This document shows, piece by piece, positions 9,608 to 20,478 of a stretch of 64,000 nucleotides of DNA. The DNA comes from an uncultured virus (IMG/VR IMGVR_UViG_3300001528_000811) (Duplodnaviria; Heunggongvirae; Uroviricota; Caudoviricetes). The position numbers were made by a program, and so were the translations under genes. Position 1 is the stretch's first letter. Each line of letters opens with the position of its first letter. Location of the stretch: IMG/VR virus record IMGVR_UViG_3300001528_000811. One strand, given 5' to 3'. The notes beneath the pieces were generated by a model that worked only from the letters and a program-made list of their open reading frames with translations, ran no database searches and was not told the DNA's origin.

Positions 9608-10478
9608 ACTTCCAGAAATATTTAAAAATCTTTTGGATTTGCAATTGAAGGAAGGAGCTTCAGATTTACATCTTCAGAGTAATTCTGAAGCTTTTTTAAC
9701 TAAAGAGGGACAAATAGTTTCAACAGGAATATTTATAGATGAAAACACTTTATGGAAAGTTAAAGAAGTTTTAACATCAAATACAGTATATTATGGTTTA
9801 TTGATTGATAATAAATCTGTAGATTTTTCATTTGTTTATAATAGTGATTTTAGATTTAGAATATCTATTGTAGAAAGTTTTAGAGGTTTAAAATTTTCTA
9901 TAAGAAATAATAATTATAGAATTAGAACTTTTAAAGAGTTAGGTTTTAATCCTACAGTTTGGGAAAAACCTTTAAGACAAGATGGCGGTTTAATTTTAAT
10001 AGCCGGTTCAACAGGAAGTGGAAAAACCACAACAATGGCTTCTGCAATAAACGAATTAATTAAAAAAAAGAAATGTATAATAACTCTTGAAGACCCTGTA
10101 GAATATATTTATGATACAAATGAAACTTCAGTAACACAGAGAGAATTATATATAAATTTTAATAATTACGCAACAGCAATAAGAGATGCAATGCGTATGA
10201 AACCTGATGCAATAATAGTTAATGAATTACGAGATAAATCTACAATTGATGCAACTTTAGAAGCAGCAGAAACAGGGCATCTTGTAATAGGAACTGTTCA
10301 TACTAAAAATTTAGAGGCAATAGAAAATCGTTTAATTTTAACATTTCCTTCAGATGAGCAGCAATTAAAAAGAGAAATTTTGAAGGAAACTTTAATTTAT
10401 AAAGTTCATCAAAAATTAGTCTTTGATGAATTAACACAAAAATTAAATTTAATTTATACAGATAAAATATTTATTTAA
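9591..10478 (+). CDS. pilT: PilT/PilU-family traffic ATPase, C-terminally short
   Basis: GASDLHL, Walker A GSTGSGKTT, Asp box ITLEDPVEY, Walker B region PDAIIVNELRD, His box AAETGHLVIGTVHT. Confidence 0.85.
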   Translation: MEILDKLPEIFKNLLDLQLKEGASDLHLQSNSEAFLTKEGQIVSTGIFIDENTLWKVKEVLTSNTVYYGLLIDNKSVDFSFVYNSDFRFRISIVESFRGLKFSIRNNNYRIRTFKELGFNPTVWEKPLRQDGGLILIAGSTGSGKTTTMASAINELIKKKKCIITLEDPVEYIYDTNETSVTQRELYINFNNYATAIRDAMRMKPDAIIVNELRDKSTIDATLEAAETGHLVIGTVHTKNLEAIENRLILTFPSDEQQLKREILKETLIYKVHQKLVFDELTQKLNLIYTDKIFI

Positions 10479-10495
10479 TATCTGGGAGGTTTATT

Positions 10496-11365
10496 ATGCT
10501 AGGAATATTTAATAATGAGTTAGAAGAAAATTTTAATAATTTAATGTTAAGACTTTATGAAAAAATAAATATAGAAACTGATTTATGTGTTTTTGGAGAT
10601 TTTAATTTTAAATTTCTTCCAGCTCTAAATATATTTCCTAATTTATATACAAATAAACATTTGAACGAATTTAATATAAACAATATTGAATTTAATAAAG
10701 ATTTAGTAATTATATCTAATAAAAACTTTGAAGAAGTTTTTAATAAAATTAAATATAATCTAAATCAAACAACATATATAAAGGTAAAACATATAACAGA
10801 AAATGTTGTAATTGATACACCAAAGTATATGAAGAATAAAAAAAATTTAATAAAGTATTATTCTTTTAATTGTTTGGGGACCTCTTTAATATCGGAGGAA
10901 ATAAATAAATATTTCACTAATATAAATTTAGATAATATAAACACAATAAGAATTTCTTCAAAAGAAACAAAGATAAAAATAAAATTAACAAGAACTTTAT
11001 ATGAAGAAGTTAAAACATTAGAAGAATTGAAAAAAAGATATTTAATAGGGAGAATAAATCCTATAAGAGAAATAATCATTCCAAGCGAAGAAGATTTTAT
11101 AATAAGTAAAGATATGAACTTAGTAACTGATTTATATTTATCTGATGATATAATATACTCAAATTTAAGTTTAGAAGATTTATTTAATAATATGGGTAAT
11201 TTTGAAAATATAGATAAAAATAATGAATTTAATAATTCAATTCGTCTTTTTTTAAATTATTTAATAATAAAAAATTTAACAATTATATATGTAGATAATT
11301 TAAAAGCTAAAAATGATTTAATATCTTTAGGCTTATCAAAAACAGTTGTAAAAGTAAAAAATTAG
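10496..11365 (+). CDS. Hypothetical protein
   Basis: 289-aa ORF, GGAGG SD. Confidence 0.75.
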   Translation: MLGIFNNELEENFNNLMLRLYEKINIETDLCVFGDFNFKFLPALNIFPNLYTNKHLNEFNINNIEFNKDLVIISNKNFEEVFNKIKYNLNQTTYIKVKHITENVVIDTPKYMKNKKNLIKYYSFNCLGTSLISEEINKYFTNINLDNINTIRISSKETKIKIKLTRTLYEEVKTLEELKKRYLIGRINPIREIIIPSEEDFIISKDMNLVTDLYLSDDIIYSNLSLEDLFNNMGNFENIDKNNEFNNSIRLFLNYLIIKNLTIIYVDNLKAKNDLISLGLSKTVVKVKN

Positions 11366-11377
11366 AGGAGGTTTAGT

Positions 11378-11971
11378 ATGAAAATAGATATTTTATTTTT
11401 AGGTGGTTATACAAATATAAAATTAATAAGAGATAGTTTTTATATTCCCTACTTTGATTATATATCTAAATCATCAGAACATTATTTGGACATACCAACA
11501 GTATTTGCAAGAACTGATAAAAAATATTCTATAGAACAAAGAATAGATATGAAAGAAGAGTATATATGTGTGGATGAAGAGAATTTCTTAGAAAGTATAA
11601 AAAGTTTTGCAAATTCATATAATATAAGATTTGCTTCTAAAGATAACTTCTTGGGTTTATATGATACTAAAGATAGATTAACTTTAACAGCACCGAACAT
11701 TGGTAAGCAATCTTTAGATTTAAGAATAGTTACAAATGTAGTAGCAAAAAATGAAGACCCGAGGAAAGATATAGATATATTATATATAATTGATAATTTG
11801 GAAAATTCTGAAATTGATACTTTTCCATTTTTAAATAAAATTTTTAATGTTATACAAAATAATTCTACAATAGGTATAATAACAAATAGATTAAGTTATC
11901 AAGAGAGGTGTAAAGAAAATTTCGATACTTCATCAAAAATTTATTTATATAATATGAAAGGACAGTTATAA
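11378..11971 (+). CDS. Hypothetical protein
   Basis: 197-aa ORF, GAGGAGG SD. Confidence 0.75.
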   Translation: MKIDILFLGGYTNIKLIRDSFYIPYFDYISKSSEHYLDIPTVFARTDKKYSIEQRIDMKEEYICVDEENFLESIKSFANSYNIRFASKDNFLGLYDTKDRLTLTAPNIGKQSLDLRIVTNVVAKNEDPRKDIDILYIIDNLENSEIDTFPFLNKIFNVIQNNSTIGIITNRLSYQERCKENFDTSSKIYLYNMKGQL

Positions 11972-11981
11972 AAATATAAAA

Positions 11982-12587
11982 ATGTTAATATATAAAATAA
12001 TTATTTTTGTAATTTTGGATAGTTTAAATTTTTATACTTTTAAGCAACATAATATAAAAAAAGTTTTAGATATAATCTATATTATTGTTCTTATTTGTAT
12101 AAAGGATTTAAGAAGTATAAATTATAAATATTGTTTATTAATATTTATAATTTATATATTAGTTAATTTAATATTGCTCATATCTGAGAAACTAAAAAAA
12201 GATAAAGTAAAAAGTAATGAACATACATTAAATTATTTAATAGAAGAAAATAGAAGATTAAAAATTATTTTAAGTTTATCAAAAGATGATTTATATAATT
12301 TACAATCTGAAATACAAAATTTGGAGTCAATATTAGTTTCAAAATCTAAAGAATTAAAATTAACGAAACAGGAATTAAATTTAATAAAAGATAGTAGAAA
12401 ATTATTTAATATTATAAGGTTTATCAATACAACATATATAAATGGAAATACTTTTAATAATCTGTCTACATTAGAATTGAAAATGTTGAAAATCGAATTA
12501 AAACGATTAAATAATAATTTTGGAAATAATAATGGATTAGAGGTAATCTTCAATAATTTAATGGAAGAAATAAATCGTTTATTATAA
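11982..12587 (+). CDS. Hypothetical membrane protein with C-terminal coiled coil
   Basis: N-terminal hydrophobic stretches (YCLLIFIIYILVNLILLI), heptad-like LQSEIQNLESIL region. Confidence 0.6.
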   Translation: MLIYKIIIFVILDSLNFYTFKQHNIKKVLDIIYIIVLICIKDLRSINYKYCLLIFIIYILVNLILLISEKLKKDKVKSNEHTLNYLIEENRRLKIILSLSKDDLYNLQSEIQNLESILVSKSKELKLTKQELNLIKDSRKLFNIIRFINTTYINGNTFNNLSTLELKMLKIELKRLNNNFGNNNGLEVIFNNLMEEINRLL

Positions 12588-12590
12588 TTT

Positions 12591-12660
12591 ATTTAATATT
12601 TAATATTTAATAATTAATATTTAATAATTAATATTTAATAATTAATATTTAATAAATATT
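12591..12660. repeat. 14-bp tandem repeat (TAATATTTAATAAT x3) containing the intergenic motif
   Basis: Direct reading of 12595-12655. Confidence 0.75.
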
Positions 12661-12681
12661 TTTCGATTGGAGAGATAATCT

Positions 12682-13233
12682 TTGAAAATTAAAGAATTGA
12701 CTTATAGCGAGAGTAATAATGATTTAAATAATTTAATAAAGATATTTCAAGCTTTAACTTTAAATTGTGAGGTTGGTGAAGAGTCACCTTATTTTGATAT
12801 ATTATCACAAATATGTTATGATTTAAGACCAAAGATATTAATTCATAGTTATACATTTCCTGAACTTATAACAATTTTAAAAACTATGACAGAAAGCAAA
12901 ATTACAGGTTATGAAATGATTACAAGTATATATGGAATAGGAGCATTAGATACATTTGATGTTGATTTAAAAAATATAATTAATATTTTTAAGAAAAAAA
13001 TAAAAAAATCTTTTAAGTACTTTTTTTATAGTGAATTGAAAGGTATACCAATTTTAATATCTTATAATCCTATGGTAAAGTATAAAGATTTAGTTAATTT
13101 TATTGTTAATGAAGATTTAAAATTTAAATGTAATTTTATACAAATAGGTAATGTTTCATTAAAAAGAAATTTGGATATAATACAAAGTCAGGAGGAAGGT
13201 AATTGTAAAATAATTACTTATAAAATAGAATGA
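12682..13233 (+). CDS. Hypothetical protein
   Basis: 183-aa ORF, TTG start after GGAG, overlaps next gene (ATGA). Confidence 0.65.
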   Translation: MKIKELTYSESNNDLNNLIKIFQALTLNCEVGEESPYFDILSQICYDLRPKILIHSYTFPELITILKTMTESKITGYEMITSIYGIGALDTFDVDLKNIINIFKKKIKKSFKYFFYSELKGIPILISYNPMVKYKDLVNFIVNEDLKFKCNFIQIGNVSLKRNLDIIQSQEEGNCKIITYKIE

Positions 13234-14078
13234 CCGTTAACTTTTGTGGAATAACTCGAGCATCAAAATTTTATACAGATAATTGTTTGCTATATTATAA
13301 AATTTTATTGGAGAGCGTTGTGCAAGATATAAATAGATTAAAGGAAAAGAACTTTAAATATTGTAGAATACAAAATTTAGTTTCTTCAGAAATATTTACA
13401 TTAGATATGAAAATAAATTTAAGAAAAACATTTAAACCTGAGTTAAAATGTAGAATGAATTATAGCTATCATTTGCCTTATATTTTTAATAATATTAAAG
13501 ATTCGAATTTTGAATATGTAAAAAATTATTTAATAAAATTAAGTTATTTTATACAAAATCAGAGTTTATATAATTTAATAATTTGTACTCATTTAAGTGG
13601 TAATGAAAAGAATGATGTAGAAAATTGGTCACGTTTATTTTTTATTGTTGCTAAAGAAACAGGTTTAAGTTTAAAAAATTATTTATGTTTTGAAAATTGT
13701 GATAAGGGAGCAAATTTGGAAAGCACTTATAAAATTTCTAAATATTTTAATATACCTTTTGTTTATGACAATTTACATGATTATTTAAATAGTTCGCGGT
13801 ATTTTAAATTTAAAGATGGATTAGATTATTATTTATATAGTTGGAAATTAAATAATCATTTACCTTATATTCATTATTCATCTTATGTAGATAATAAAGG
13901 AACACATGGGAATAAAATATATTCAGATTTATTTGATGTTCTTGATATTTTAAAATATAATTGCAAGGAATTAATATTAGTACCTGAATTAGTACATTAC
14001 GAAAAGGCAATTGTAGATTTTAATACAGATATTGGTAAAGAACTTAATTGGCTTTCAAATGTAAGATTTAATTATTAG
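13230..14078 (+). CDS. uvsE: UV-damage endonuclease UvsE/UVDE-like (TIM barrel), divergent
   Basis: Ordered motifs SYHLP, ICTHLSG, CFENCDK (cf. LENDDK), IPFVYDNLHD (cf. IPxVFDxHHH), PYIHYSS, THG, VPELxxxEKA. Confidence 0.75.
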   Translation: MTVNFCGITRASKFYTDNCLLYYKILLESVVQDINRLKEKNFKYCRIQNLVSSEIFTLDMKINLRKTFKPELKCRMNYSYHLPYIFNNIKDSNFEYVKNYLIKLSYFIQNQSLYNLIICTHLSGNEKNDVENWSRLFFIVAKETGLSLKNYLCFENCDKGANLESTYKISKYFNIPFVYDNLHDYLNSSRYFKFKDGLDYYLYSWKLNNHLPYIHYSSYVDNKGTHGNKIYSDLFDVLDILKYNCKELILVPELVHYEKAIVDFNTDIGKELNWLSNVRFNY

Positions 14079-14094
14079 AACTGGAGGTATAATA

Positions 14095-14814
14095 GTGTAT
14101 GAATGTTATGTATGTAGAGATAAAGGACTAGTAGATGGCTGTCCAAAATGTGGTAAAGTATTTAATATTTTTAAACCTGAAATAGATAAAAATTTATTAG
14201 AAACTACAAAAGTATTTATACCAGAATTTTATAGAAATAGAGTTTGGAATAAATATCTTGCAATGGTAGATAAATCAGATACTAGTTCATATTTTGATTT
14301 CTTTAATATGTTGGAATTATTGCATAATGGTATATTAGAGGGAAAGCAATTGCATAATTCAGCAATTGTGTCATCTCCTGCAACTTTTAGTAAAACGACT
14401 TGGGTTTATTCATGTTTGCAAAATTTAATATCTCAAAATAAAAAAGTTGCACCTTATATAAGTACATCTGAATATTTGAAATTATATAATATGGATGTTA
14501 ACAAACCTTATATGAATTTTAAATATTTAGAACACACCATATATGATTATAACACAGCAGATATTCTATTTGTAGAAATACCAAATGATGAGGCTTATTT
14601 ATATGCATATGAGACAATATTAAAGATAATAAATTTAAGAGCTAAGTTTGATAAACCAACAGTTTTTGTCACAAATGTTCCTGTAAATAAAATTGTTTCT
14701 CGAGATAGTTCTGGAACTTTAATAAAATATTTAACTAATACTGGAGAAGGAAATCCTTATAAATATCTTGCTTCTATACAGTATGAGGAATTGAAAGAAG
14801 GTGTACATGAGTGA
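14095..14814 (+). CDS. DnaC/IstB-like helicase-loader homolog with N-terminal Zn finger and degenerate Walker motifs
   Basis: CYVC...CPKC; SSPATFSKTT in P-loop position; ADILFVEI; INLRAKFDKPTVFVTN. Confidence 0.6.
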   Translation: MYECYVCRDKGLVDGCPKCGKVFNIFKPEIDKNLLETTKVFIPEFYRNRVWNKYLAMVDKSDTSSYFDFFNMLELLHNGILEGKQLHNSAIVSSPATFSKTTWVYSCLQNLISQNKKVAPYISTSEYLKLYNMDVNKPYMNFKYLEHTIYDYNTADILFVEIPNDEAYLYAYETILKIINLRAKFDKPTVFVTNVPVNKIVSRDSSGTLIKYLTNTGEGNPYKYLASIQYEELKEGVHE

Positions 14815-15485
14815 TAGAAGTATCAAATGGTATTACAGTAGCCTTATCGTATATAAAATACGAAACAGAGATGAATTTTAAAGAAGCATCTAAAATTGTA
14901 GAAGAAACAATGAAAGATGGTGATTTAAGAGAAAATGAACCTTATCAAAAAGCTAAAGAAAATTTAATGATGGAAATTACAAAAAGAGATAGATTTAATA
15001 AACAGACTTATAATTTAATAGGAGTGAATGAATATATAAATGATATAAATTCAAATACTATAAAAAAGCATACTTGGTATGATATTTATATTTTAACAAA
15101 TTTAATGATATCTCAAATAAAAAGTAATAAAGAACTAAATATGTTTTGTAGTATCTTTTTTACAGATGAACAAGTTCCTGAAAATATAAAAAAAATATTT
15201 GGTTCTAAATTAATGGAAAATAAAGTAGTTATAAAATTAACAACTTGTTTTGGTGTAAATAGCAATGAGTTTATAAATTATGGATATAATTCTTACGAGT
15301 CAGAATTATTTAATAACATTAAGACAAAATCTAAATATGAAGTTTTTGATTTACTTTTTGATGAAGGAGATAATTATTACTATATAACAGATACATCAAA
15401 AGATTTTAATATTAGATTAAAAGAAATGTTTGATAGTTTAGATAGTAAATATTTTCCAATAAGATTGGATAGTGATAAAGAATAA
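14811..15485 (+). CDS. greA: GreA-like transcript cleavage factor (N-terminal coiled coil) with unrelated C-terminus
   Basis: GDLRENEPYQKAKE matches Gre signature GDLSENAEYxxAKE, both acidic residues kept. Confidence 0.65.
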   Translation: MIEVSNGITVALSYIKYETEMNFKEASKIVEETMKDGDLRENEPYQKAKENLMMEITKRDRFNKQTYNLIGVNEYINDINSNTIKKHTWYDIYILTNLMISQIKSNKELNMFCSIFFTDEQVPENIKKIFGSKLMENKVVIKLTTCFGVNSNEFINYGYNSYESELFNNIKTKSKYEVFDLLFDEGDNYYYITDTSKDFNIRLKEMFDSLDSKYFPIRLDSDKE

Positions 15486-15603
15486 TGAGTATTTTAGTTC
15501 AAGGAATATTTATATTTATATTAATATTTAACATAACAACATATATATCTTTATCAAGAAAGGAGTGTAAAGAAGGTAAACTTTTTATAGTTTCTTCAAT
15601 AGT

Positions 15604-16092
15604 ATGTCTGATAATAATAATAATATTTTAGCTTCAAAAGAAAATGAAAAAGATGAAAATAAACAAGAGCCAGAAATAAAAATTGATGCTACTCTTAATG
15701 AGAAAATAAATATTAAAGATATTTTTAATAATATAAAGTCAAGTTCATTAGTAGATATTTTTCTACCAATAACTTATATGGGGTATGGAATAAAAGCTTT
15801 ATTGATTATTAAAGACTTTAAACTACCTTATATATTATTTATAAATTTATGTATACATTTAATATTTTTAATATTATCTTTTTTAAAAATAACTAGAGTA
15901 AATTTATTTTCTATTATTATATCTCTCATTATAAGTATTTTATTTTATGGTTTTTTAATAATATGGCGGAGATTTAAATCAAAATTTAAATTTAATAAAT
16001 TTAATAATTTAAATTTAAATCCTATAAATATAAAGTATAATAAAATATATAAATCTGAGAAATTGACAAATTTAGAAAAAAGATATAAATAA
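15604..16092 (+). CDS. Hypothetical membrane protein (~3 TM segments)
   Basis: Hydrophobic stretches YILFINLCIHLIFLILSFL and LFSIIISLIISILFYGFLIIW. Confidence 0.65.
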   Translation: MSDNNNNILASKENEKDENKQEPEIKIDATLNEKINIKDIFNNIKSSSLVDIFLPITYMGYGIKALLIIKDFKLPYILFINLCIHLIFLILSFLKITRVNLFSIIISLIISILFYGFLIIWRRFKSKFKFNKFNNLNLNPINIKYNKIYKSEKLTNLEKRYK

Positions 16093-16137
16093 AATTTAAT
16101 AATAATATTTAATGTGTAAAAGAAAGGAAGATAATTT

Positions 16138-16992
16138 ATGAAAGAGACATCTATATTTAATATACCTGAGAAAAAAATAGAAATAAAATTAAAGAAAAAT
16201 CCAGTAGATTTGCCTAATAGCTTATATGTAAGATTTTTAAAGGATTTAATAAATTGTAGAGATACATTAAAAAATACTTATGATATTCTAGACTCAGAGG
16301 AAAAAGGATATTTAAAATATGCTGAATATGCACAAAATGCATCAGTGGAATTTCTTAAAATTGCTGCTTTATCTATAGATACAGAAACTTATGATAGAAA
16401 TGTATTAGAAAATTTAAAAAATGGAATTAATATTTCTCATATAATTTCATCATATAGAGGGACCGAGCAATGGGAACAAATAGAGTATCTTTTGTATGAT
16501 TTATATGATTTTTTTGGTAATGATAATAATTTTGATATGTATGTAAATGAAGAAGAAATTAATAACTTTATAGAAAATTCTTGTATTAAAAGAATGCCTA
16601 AATTAAAGAAATGTATAGGAGCTTTAAATTTTTTAATTATATTGTATACAGACTCTCCTAATATTTTAAATGGAGAACTTTATAATTTTATGGAAGAATT
16701 TTGCTCAGAACAGGACTCAGATAAATCCATATTAGAAGAAGCTTTAAGTTTTCAAGAAACTTGTACTGAAATATTTAATAAATTTAAACCTGAAATAGAG
16801 CTAGTGTTAAAATATCCTAATCTGGCTGAAGATTTAAAAAATAAGATAAATAATGAAACTTTATATATAAAATTAATAGAGTTGTCAAATGAAGCAACAA
16901 TAAATGAGTTAAAACAAATAGTATCCGGAGATATAAAAATAGAAGAATACATTGATGTTTTAATTGACAGATTAAATGAAATAGAAGAGTAA
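16138..16992 (+). CDS. Hypothetical acidic helical protein
   Basis: 284-aa ORF, AAGGA SD, N-terminal ETSIFN. Confidence 0.75.
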   Translation: MKETSIFNIPEKKIEIKLKKNPVDLPNSLYVRFLKDLINCRDTLKNTYDILDSEEKGYLKYAEYAQNASVEFLKIAALSIDTETYDRNVLENLKNGINISHIISSYRGTEQWEQIEYLLYDLYDFFGNDNNFDMYVNEEEINNFIENSCIKRMPKLKKCIGALNFLIILYTDSPNILNGELYNFMEEFCSEQDSDKSILEEALSFQETCTEIFNKFKPEIELVLKYPNLAEDLKNKINNETLYIKLIELSNEATINELKQIVSGDIKIEEYIDVLIDRLNEIEE

Positions 16993-17014
16993 TAAAAATA
17001 AGGGGGAATTAATT

Positions 17015-17275
17015 ATGACAAAACTAGAAGATTTATTGACAAAAGATAATATGGAAAATGTAATTATTTCTTCAGATAAAAATTTGGAAGTATCAGCAAA
17101 ATACAGAAATGTAAATAATTTTAATAATGCAGTAAAACATATTTCAATGTTTGATGAGAGTAATATTCTAAATTATTTTACAGCTATAGCTATATGCATA
17201 TTTAAAAATCAATATTGTATAAATGAGTATGTTCCGTATGCAGAAAAACTTCTTAATAAGGTGATTTTTATATGA
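17015..17275 (+). CDS. Hypothetical protein
   Basis: 86-aa ORF, AGGGGG SD, ATGA overlap with helicase. Confidence 0.65.
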   Translation: MTKLEDLLTKDNMENVIISSDKNLEVSAKYRNVNNFNNAVKHISMFDESNILNYFTAIAICIFKNQYCINEYVPYAEKLLNKVIFI

Positions 17276-18663
17276 TAGGGAATTTTTTAGATGGAAGTTT
17301 ATCTAAATTGCAAGTATTAAATTTATTAGAATTAGCAAAATCAGTTGCAGATGAAGAACCTGATTATCTTAAGCATAGAAATAGATTACCTTATACGGAA
17401 TTAACTTGGTATCAATGTTTTTGTATTGAACATGCATTATTATCTAAAGGAACTTTAATATCGTTAGGTACAGGTTTAGGAAAGACATATTCTGCAATGG
17501 GTTACATTTCGGCTTTATTAGAGAAATTTAATAATAAGAAGATTTTATATGTATGTATGCCTATAAGTTTAGACCAGACAACAGAAGATTTTAAAAATAA
17601 TACAAATTTTAATATTAGGACTATAACAGGACAAGAAAATGATATTATTAAATTAAAAAAAAATGATATCAATTTTAATGTTTTAATAGTATCCTATCAA
17701 GCATTATATAATAAGCAATTCGCAAATTATTTATTAGAATTATTACCACATGTTATAAGTTGTATTGTAGATGAGGCACATAATATATCTCAAGACTCTT
17801 TAATAAATTCTATATTAGAAGTATTATTAAAGAAGGTTGAATATAAAGTTTTTTTAACTGCAACACCCATAACAGTATCTCCTACTCAAGTAATTTCTCT
17901 AATGAATTTATTAGATGAAAAAATGTTTCCAGAGGGTGAAAGATTTTTAAGACCTTACGAAATAAGAGATGAAGAAACTTTTGAATTAATTGATTATAAG
18001 AAATTAGATGATTTAAGTAAAATGCTGTATCTACGTTATGTCTATTGGGAAAGAGAAGAGTTAGGGATAAAGGGAACACCTAGAGCTTATCCTTTATTAG
18101 TAGAACCTACAGATGAAGAACAACTGAATTGTACTTTATTAAACATACCAACCATACTTAAAGGAAGAAAAAATTCAAATCAAGTGGAAGTGCTTAAAGC
18201 TCTTTTATTAGATTTAAAGAAAAGAGGTTTAATAGGTTTAATTTATGCTAATAGAATAAATAATTGTAAAATGATAAAAGAGATTTGCAATGATATAAAT
18301 ATAAAGACAGAAATATTGAATGGGGAAACTTCTAGAGAACAAAAGAAACAAATACAAAAAGATTTTCATAATTTTAAGTATGATGTTTTAATAACTTCTT
18401 TAACAACATCTTTAAATCTTGATTGTGACTTTGTAATTTTTTGGGAGAATACTAATTTAAGCCAACAGGTATTGGGGAGATGTCAAAGAGGATTTCTACC
18501 TAAAGATTTATTAATATATTTTATTTTAACCAATAAAACTGTAGAATTAGAACAATTTGATAAAAACGTTTGGAGAAGGAATAAATGGTTACATGAAGCT
18601 TTAGGTAAAGATACAGAAATTTTTAATCAAATTCATAATAAAATTCAAAGATATAAAATTTAA
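17272..18663 (+). CDS. Superfamily 2 (SNF2-like) helicase/translocase
   Basis: Motif I LGTGLGKT, II VDEAH, III LTATP, V SLNL, VI QVLGRCQR. Confidence 0.9.
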   Translation: MIGNFLDGSLSKLQVLNLLELAKSVADEEPDYLKHRNRLPYTELTWYQCFCIEHALLSKGTLISLGTGLGKTYSAMGYISALLEKFNNKKILYVCMPISLDQTTEDFKNNTNFNIRTITGQENDIIKLKKNDINFNVLIVSYQALYNKQFANYLLELLPHVISCIVDEAHNISQDSLINSILEVLLKKVEYKVFLTATPITVSPTQVISLMNLLDEKMFPEGERFLRPYEIRDEETFELIDYKKLDDLSKMLYLRYVYWEREELGIKGTPRAYPLLVEPTDEEQLNCTLLNIPTILKGRKNSNQVEVLKALLLDLKKRGLIGLIYANRINNCKMIKEICNDINIKTEILNGETSREQKKQIQKDFHNFKYDVLITSLTTSLNLDCDFVIFWENTNLSQQVLGRCQRGFLPKDLLIYFILTNKTVELEQFDKNVWRRNKWLHEALGKDTEIFNQIHNKIQRYKI

Positions 18664-18817
18664 TAATATATTAAATATTTTAATATTTAATATTTAAATT
18701 TTATAAATATAGTATATAAAAATATTTAATATTTTTAATGTTATTTATTTTAGTAATATTATAAATTTATTATTAAATATAATTTTATTAATATCAAATA
18801 TAAGTGAGGTTATTCTG

Positions 18818-20467
18818 ATGAAAGTATTAAATGAGGAGGATATAGAATTAACATTATCTACTAACACTTTAGAGATATTGGATTTGGTATATAGTAGTTT
18901 AATAAATGAAGGAGATAAAATAAATTTAGTTGAATTAAACAAATTTTTTATTGTGGTAGAACAAAAAGAATTAAAAGGCTTTTATGCAATTTTTTATAAA
19001 TATATAAAACGCATAAAAGAATTAAATGCTTTAACAAATTCCACAAAAATAAAAATTTCTGATAAAGCATTTGAAAATTATTTAAATATAAATATAACAG
19101 CTTTTTTAAGTTCAGAAGAAATACAGTTAATTTCTGTTTTAAATGATATGGAAATAGATAATGTTATTAATATTCAAGATGATTTAATAATTAGAAAAAA
19201 AGCTTTTGATTACTGTATTAAAAAATATAAAATGATAAAGAGTTTAGGTGAAACCTCATCTAATTTAATTTTAAATTTAGATAATCTATTATCATGTGTT
19301 ATAAATGATTATTTAGAATATAGTATTTTTAAAAATGCAGAAATATTATCTGAAGGTACTAATCTAAAATCTTTAACTTTAATCGGATCTGAAGATAGTT
19401 TTAATTTTACAAAATTAATTTTGAATATTATAGAAGAAAAGAAAAATGATTATAATTTATTAGATGAAAATATATTAGATTTATCTAGTATAGAAAAATA
19501 TAGAGAAGCATCACAAAATGCAAATTTAAAAATGTTTAATATTTGTGAATATGGCTTCCCACCTATTGATAAAATAGCACATATGACTAATCAAGATATT
19601 ATAACTTTAGTTGCTTCAGAAGGTACTGGTAAAACAACTTATTTTGCAGCAACAGCAGCCAAGGAATTATTTGCAGGACGTTCAATAATATTTATGGCTG
19701 GTGAAACGGCAAAGTTAAAAATAGCAAATATGATTTTAAGTCATTTTATATATTTAAGAACATCAAAACCAAATATACCTGGAATGAGAGTATCTTGGTT
19801 AGAAATACAAAATAAATATGATAGTTTACCTGATACAATAAAAGCAGAAATAGATAGAGCTAAATATGATATATACGAAAATAAAAAGTTTGGATTTCCA
19901 ATAATAGTGGAAAGTTTTAAATATCAAACTTATATGCAAGAAGTATTAGATATAAAAAATTTACACCCAGATTATATTTGGGGTCATGTATTTGTAGACC
20001 ATATTGATGCTCTTGATAGAGATAATAGTCAAGGAGTAAGAAATTATTTTTTAAAAGATTCAAGAGATTTAATAAAAGAAATGTATAGACAGGCAATAAA
20101 GTTAAAAAATCATTATGGAATACCAACCATATTTTCAGCACACACTTCTTATGAAGCAGAGAAAGCTATAGTAGCTTCTAAGAAAACTGGAGTGCGTGTA
20201 GGAGCATCTTCATCTTCAACATCAAAAGATGTTGATGTTGAAATTCTATTTGAGACCAATGACGAGTTGTCAAAACATAATTTGATAAAAATTTCATTGA
20301 AAAAATTTAGAAATTATGATATAACTTTATTTGAACCTTTTGTGGTATTGAAAGAATTTGATGCTTGTTTGTTTACTTACTCTACTACATTGCAAGGAAT
20401 ACTTAATAATGATAATGAGAAAATGTTAGATATAAAAAATATAAAATCAGAAGAATTATTAGATTAG
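18818..20467 (+). CDS. dnaB: DnaB-like (SF4) replicative helicase, divergent
   Basis: LVASEGTGKTT, FMAGE, VFVDHIDAL, SAHT, DVDVEILF, KFRN in DnaB order. Confidence 0.75.
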   Translation: MKVLNEEDIELTLSTNTLEILDLVYSSLINEGDKINLVELNKFFIVVEQKELKGFYAIFYKYIKRIKELNALTNSTKIKISDKAFENYLNINITAFLSSEEIQLISVLNDMEIDNVINIQDDLIIRKKAFDYCIKKYKMIKSLGETSSNLILNLDNLLSCVINDYLEYSIFKNAEILSEGTNLKSLTLIGSEDSFNFTKLILNIIEEKKNDYNLLDENILDLSSIEKYREASQNANLKMFNICEYGFPPIDKIAHMTNQDIITLVASEGTGKTTYFAATAAKELFAGRSIIFMAGETAKLKIANMILSHFIYLRTSKPNIPGMRVSWLEIQNKYDSLPDTIKAEIDRAKYDIYENKKFGFPIIVESFKYQTYMQEVLDIKNLHPDYIWGHVFVDHIDALDRDNSQGVRNYFLKDSRDLIKEMYRQAIKLKNHYGIPTIFSAHTSYEAEKAIVASKKTGVRVGASSSSTSKDVDVEILFETNDELSKHNLIKISLKKFRNYDITLFEPFVVLKEFDACLFTYSTTLQGILNNDNEKMLDIKNIKSEELLD

Positions 20468-20478
20468 GAGGTAAATGT

